A stretch of DNA of 54,018 bases, counting the filler, from Sphacelaria rigidula (Eukaryota): assembly GCA_964200075.2 (NCBI GenBank). It is 3 parts of 3 records of this genome, joined end to end, with 100 filler letters (N's around TTAATTAATTAA, not from the genome) between each part and the next. Parts side by side here need not be neighbours in the genome. Positions count along the whole stretch, not along the records: positions 36,084 to 54,018 come from CAXNAA020000960.1; 2 more parts are not named here. One strand, 5' to 3'. The notes beneath the pieces were generated by a model that searched no databases, was not told the DNA's origin, and was given only the letters and a program-made list of their open reading frames with translations. Both the position numbers and the translations under genes were made by a program. This document shows, piece after piece, positions 50,665 through 54,018 of the stretch. Position 1 is the stretch's first letter. Each line of letters begins with the position of its first letter.

Positions 50665-50762
50665 TAGTCCACCACCTTCGTTCCACGGTGGTTGTCTTTT
50701 TTTTTGTCTCGACAAGGATCCAGCGGTCCCTTTCCCTCGTCGACCGTGAGGTCGAACTTTAT
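50665..50762 (-). mobile_element. SINE family A, truncated 3' fragment
   Basis: AAGGATCCAGCGGTCCCTTTCCCTCGTCGACCGTGAGGTCGAA matches the family A body; no tRNA head. Confidence 0.6.
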
Positions 50763-52809
50763 GAGGTCAAATTTGTACACTAGCAGGGAAAGAGCAGCAA
50801 ATCACGGGCATGTGCACGGTCTGTGCTTCACGATATATATTTTTTTTTCTTGAAAGAAGGCGGAAACCTGACCCAACACTTTCGTACCCCGCAAGCGGGC
50901 TCGTGTGCCCATCACGCGGAGGCTCGGCTAGACCACCTCACAGCAGTCATATGGGGTGAGCGCCCCGAGCGTTCGCAAGCTTTGCTCTAGTCAGTGTAGG
51001 GGTCCAACCCACTATAACGCCCTGTTGAGTTGGCGCATTGCACGGGCTGCCCCACTCAAAAGCCTCCGGTCTTCGGGCGCGGTACGGTACCCTGCAGGGA
51101 CGCCTGGGCAGATGTTGGTTGAAGCGATACTGCGCCATCAGGCTGCAGAATCAGTGGCTCACGTTTCTCGCTTTCATTCCGTGCGTCATGACATGTGAAG
51201 GATTCGTCGTTAGGAAAGATGGGTGTGCCCTACAACACATCATGCGCACACCGTGTGATTTTTTCAGTGCACGGTGGGGCACGTTGTTTCGCATGTAATG
51301 CTACACGATTCCCGTCATTTGCCTCTTGTCTTCTGGTCTGCAAGAGGTGACCAACAACGAAATGAGAGCACGTGAAAACTTGGAACACAGCTGCTGCACG
51401 CTTGTGTGTGTGACAAAGAGCGCATGTCCGCATTGCAGCGGCTGTTCGTGGATGTGTGTGTGTGCCCTCCAATTGCTTCTTTTACTTCTCTCACCCAGGT
51501 AATGAAAGACAGGTATGCTAGCGATACGATGCTGCTATGGACCCAATAAAGCGCAGGTCGGGCACACTTGATAATGAAGAAAGAGGATGTGTTGGTCCTG
51601 AGTAAGGCCTATTATTATCGACAATGCTTCTCCGGAGATCTCCGAAATTTTCGAGACTGGCAGAGAACCTGATGACTCTCGAACGCGTAAGCGCCATGGC
51701 GTGCACACAGGGCAACTCTGCGAAGTACTATGTTGCAGGCGAAGTTTCTCAGACTTTTCCAAAACCGAAGCTTTGGAAAAAAAACCAAGCCGTTTCGCTT
51801 TCAGAGAAGCCTGAAGACAGAGTAAAAACATCGATCGGGGTAAATAATATGTTGTTACCGTAGTCGGACCGGGAGGGACAGGCTTCGGGCTTTGCGTATG
51901 GCACGGTTTCAGAAAATTAGACGAGGCGTGTAGTAGGGAATGCGATAGCAGAGATGAACACATGTTGAGGTCTGGCTTGGCTTTGCGTTGCGTCACATTT
52001 GATGTTCATATTAATAACGAATATTCCACACTCATGAGAGGAGCAAACCGTTTCGATTTCAGAGAAGCCTAAATACAAAGTAAAAAGATCCGGAAATTTC
52101 TGAACTCTCCACAAAAAATAGTGTCGATATTAGTGAGCCTAGAGCCCTGGAGATGATGACAATTTCAGTGCATTTTCCCCCCTACATGAATTTTGTCAGC
52201 AAATACATGTCACACGAATTCGACACTATCGAAATCTCGCAATACTTTTCTTCTCAGCATTTGGAGCTTCGCGCGTGCGTGCTAGGTAAAAGAAACACGC
52301 ATGCTGCTAAAGTGTCAACTTCATCAGATATATACGCGACAAAAGTTGAGCTGACAAGGTATGTGCATTTCCGAAAGACTCCATCAATTAACCGAATACT
52401 CGGATGTAAATTACTGGAGCCGGGAAGCAAGTTGGTGACGCGCGCTTGTCGCGCGTTGGTCCATTGACGCGAGATGCTGGAATGTGTATGCGAGTCCTGG
52501 GGGCTGTTGTACTTGTACCGTGCTCTTGACTGCACGTTTTTCTCCATGTTTTTTTGCGTCCACGCTGATAATGCTGATGGCAGCCCTCTTGTCATCTGGA
52601 CCCAGATGGCGCTCCAAGGCCGGGCTTGTCGGATTCAAGATACACAACGCATGTTGGATCGTCAGTACTCTACACTTGCATACTGGGAGTCGAAGGGGCG
52701 ACGAGGCCAGGCCAACCCGCAACATGCTTGCACCACCTTGTCCCCGAGTACCGCGCGACTTTCGGATTACATGCCATATCGCGAGTGTAGATTGCAAAAT
52801 GCGCCGCCT

Positions 52810-53018
52810 GGGGGCACCGGGTCGTGAAGGAAAGAGCCAATAAATCCATCACGTACACCTCATGTACATCGTGTCAAAATTTCATACTAGACGACTCGAA
52901 ATTGAGCAGCGCAACCGCGCTTTTCTGCTGAGAACCGGTTGGCTTGCTTGGAGAGTACAACAACCTCAGCTGGAACTTTGACGTTCTTTTGAAGCTTTCT
53001 TCACGACCCGGTGCCCCC
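52810..53018. repeat. 20-bp perfect inverted repeats ~170 bp apart (possible MITE)
   Basis: GGGGGCACCGGGTCGTGAAG (52810-52829) and its reverse complement (52999-53018); no TSD seen. Confidence 0.6.
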
Positions 53019-53549
53019 TTTCTTCTCTTGCCGTTACCACCAGAGTTCCCTCCCATGCCTTCGAGAGATCACGTAGTATGCTCGTCGATGCCTTCACTAT
53101 TTTCCTGGGAACTCTGCACTCATTTTTCTTCGTGGGTACCTGGGGATATCGTTTGATTTCCGCGTCGTATTTAATTAGTTCCTTCACTGTGTTGGCATTG
53201 CTGAGGTCGTTGTTTTACCACACCCCGACCAACTCGCGGGAGGCTTTACATTTTTTGCTTTCGTTGCATGTCTCTCCAATGTTTCTTCCCTTGTTTTCGG
53301 GGGGTCTTGAAAGAGAGCTCGATTAACGTCGCTCTCTCGTGTAAGCACTAGTACTGACGGTACTGTAAAGGCGAGCCTACGGTCGTAACGACGGTTTCGG
53401 GAGATCAGGCTTATCCGATATGTATGTTGTGTTGTCGTTCCGTTTATTCTCGACGCTGATCTACAATTGTCCGTGTATATGCGGGTACACCAGCCGTGCT
53501 CTCACAGGAGAAAGGCCAAAACAGGAGGGTTTTTTTCGCGTTTATTTGT

Positions 53550-53783
53550 TTTGTCCGCCTACCTTCTGCGGTGCTTGCTGTTCTTTTTTATGGCGATTCG
53601 AGGGATCCACCTTTTTCCTTCCCTTGTCGACCGCGGTCATATTCTGTGTACCCACGACATGGTCGCTCTCTACTCTTGGACACTGAGGGGGAGAAAAAAT
53701 CACGGATCTTTCCGACATTTGAGCCCACGACCCAACCATTCGAAGGTGTTGGAGTTTCCAACAGAACCACCGCGGCGACCGGC
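53550..53783 (-). mobile_element. tRNA-derived SINE, family A, diverged copy
   Basis: Shares CCTTCTGCG, GTCGACCGCG, GTACCCACGACATGGTCGCTCTC and the terminal CCACCG..GGCGACC with copies 1 and 2. Confidence 0.7.
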
Positions 53784-54018
53784 GTCCGATAGTGGTGATG
53801 AATAATGATACTCCCTCTGACCAGTAAAACAAGCAAGGTTTGTATGAAATTGATAGAATCATGCCATTTGGGCACGGTGGACGTCGGACAACTTTGACGT
53901 ACGATAAGTTATCACGTTGAAGAGAGGAGAAAAATCCTCCCGATGGGGGGGGGGGGGGGGGGGCGTTACTATCCCCTGATGGGGGAAGTGCGGAAAAATG
54001 GGCCGGAGAAAAACCCCA

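Overview
Eukaryotic, intron-rich, transposon-dense scaffold segment; gene and TE style suggest a brown alga/stramenopile (inference, not shown directly). The only intact protein-coding gene I can support is a 14-exon class Ia ribonucleotide reductase large subunit (minus strand, 11544-5889, ~804 aa) with E2F-like motifs upstream. Two adjacent introns of this gene hold three copies (two full, one 5'-truncated) of a ~160-nt three-hairpin RNA with H and ACA boxes; its 3' pocket fits a conserved LSU rRNA uridine near the peptidyl-transferase centre. The remaining ~40 kb is a TE graveyard: a decayed RTE LINE plus a non-coding element sharing its 3' tail, an internally deleted Ty1/copia element with near-identical LTRs and two long fold-backs, a Stowaway-like MITE and a related mariner remnant, a piggyBac-type MITE, a composite hAT element and two tRNA-derived SINE families. 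There are two 100-nt assembly gaps. Most short ORFs in the track are spurious.
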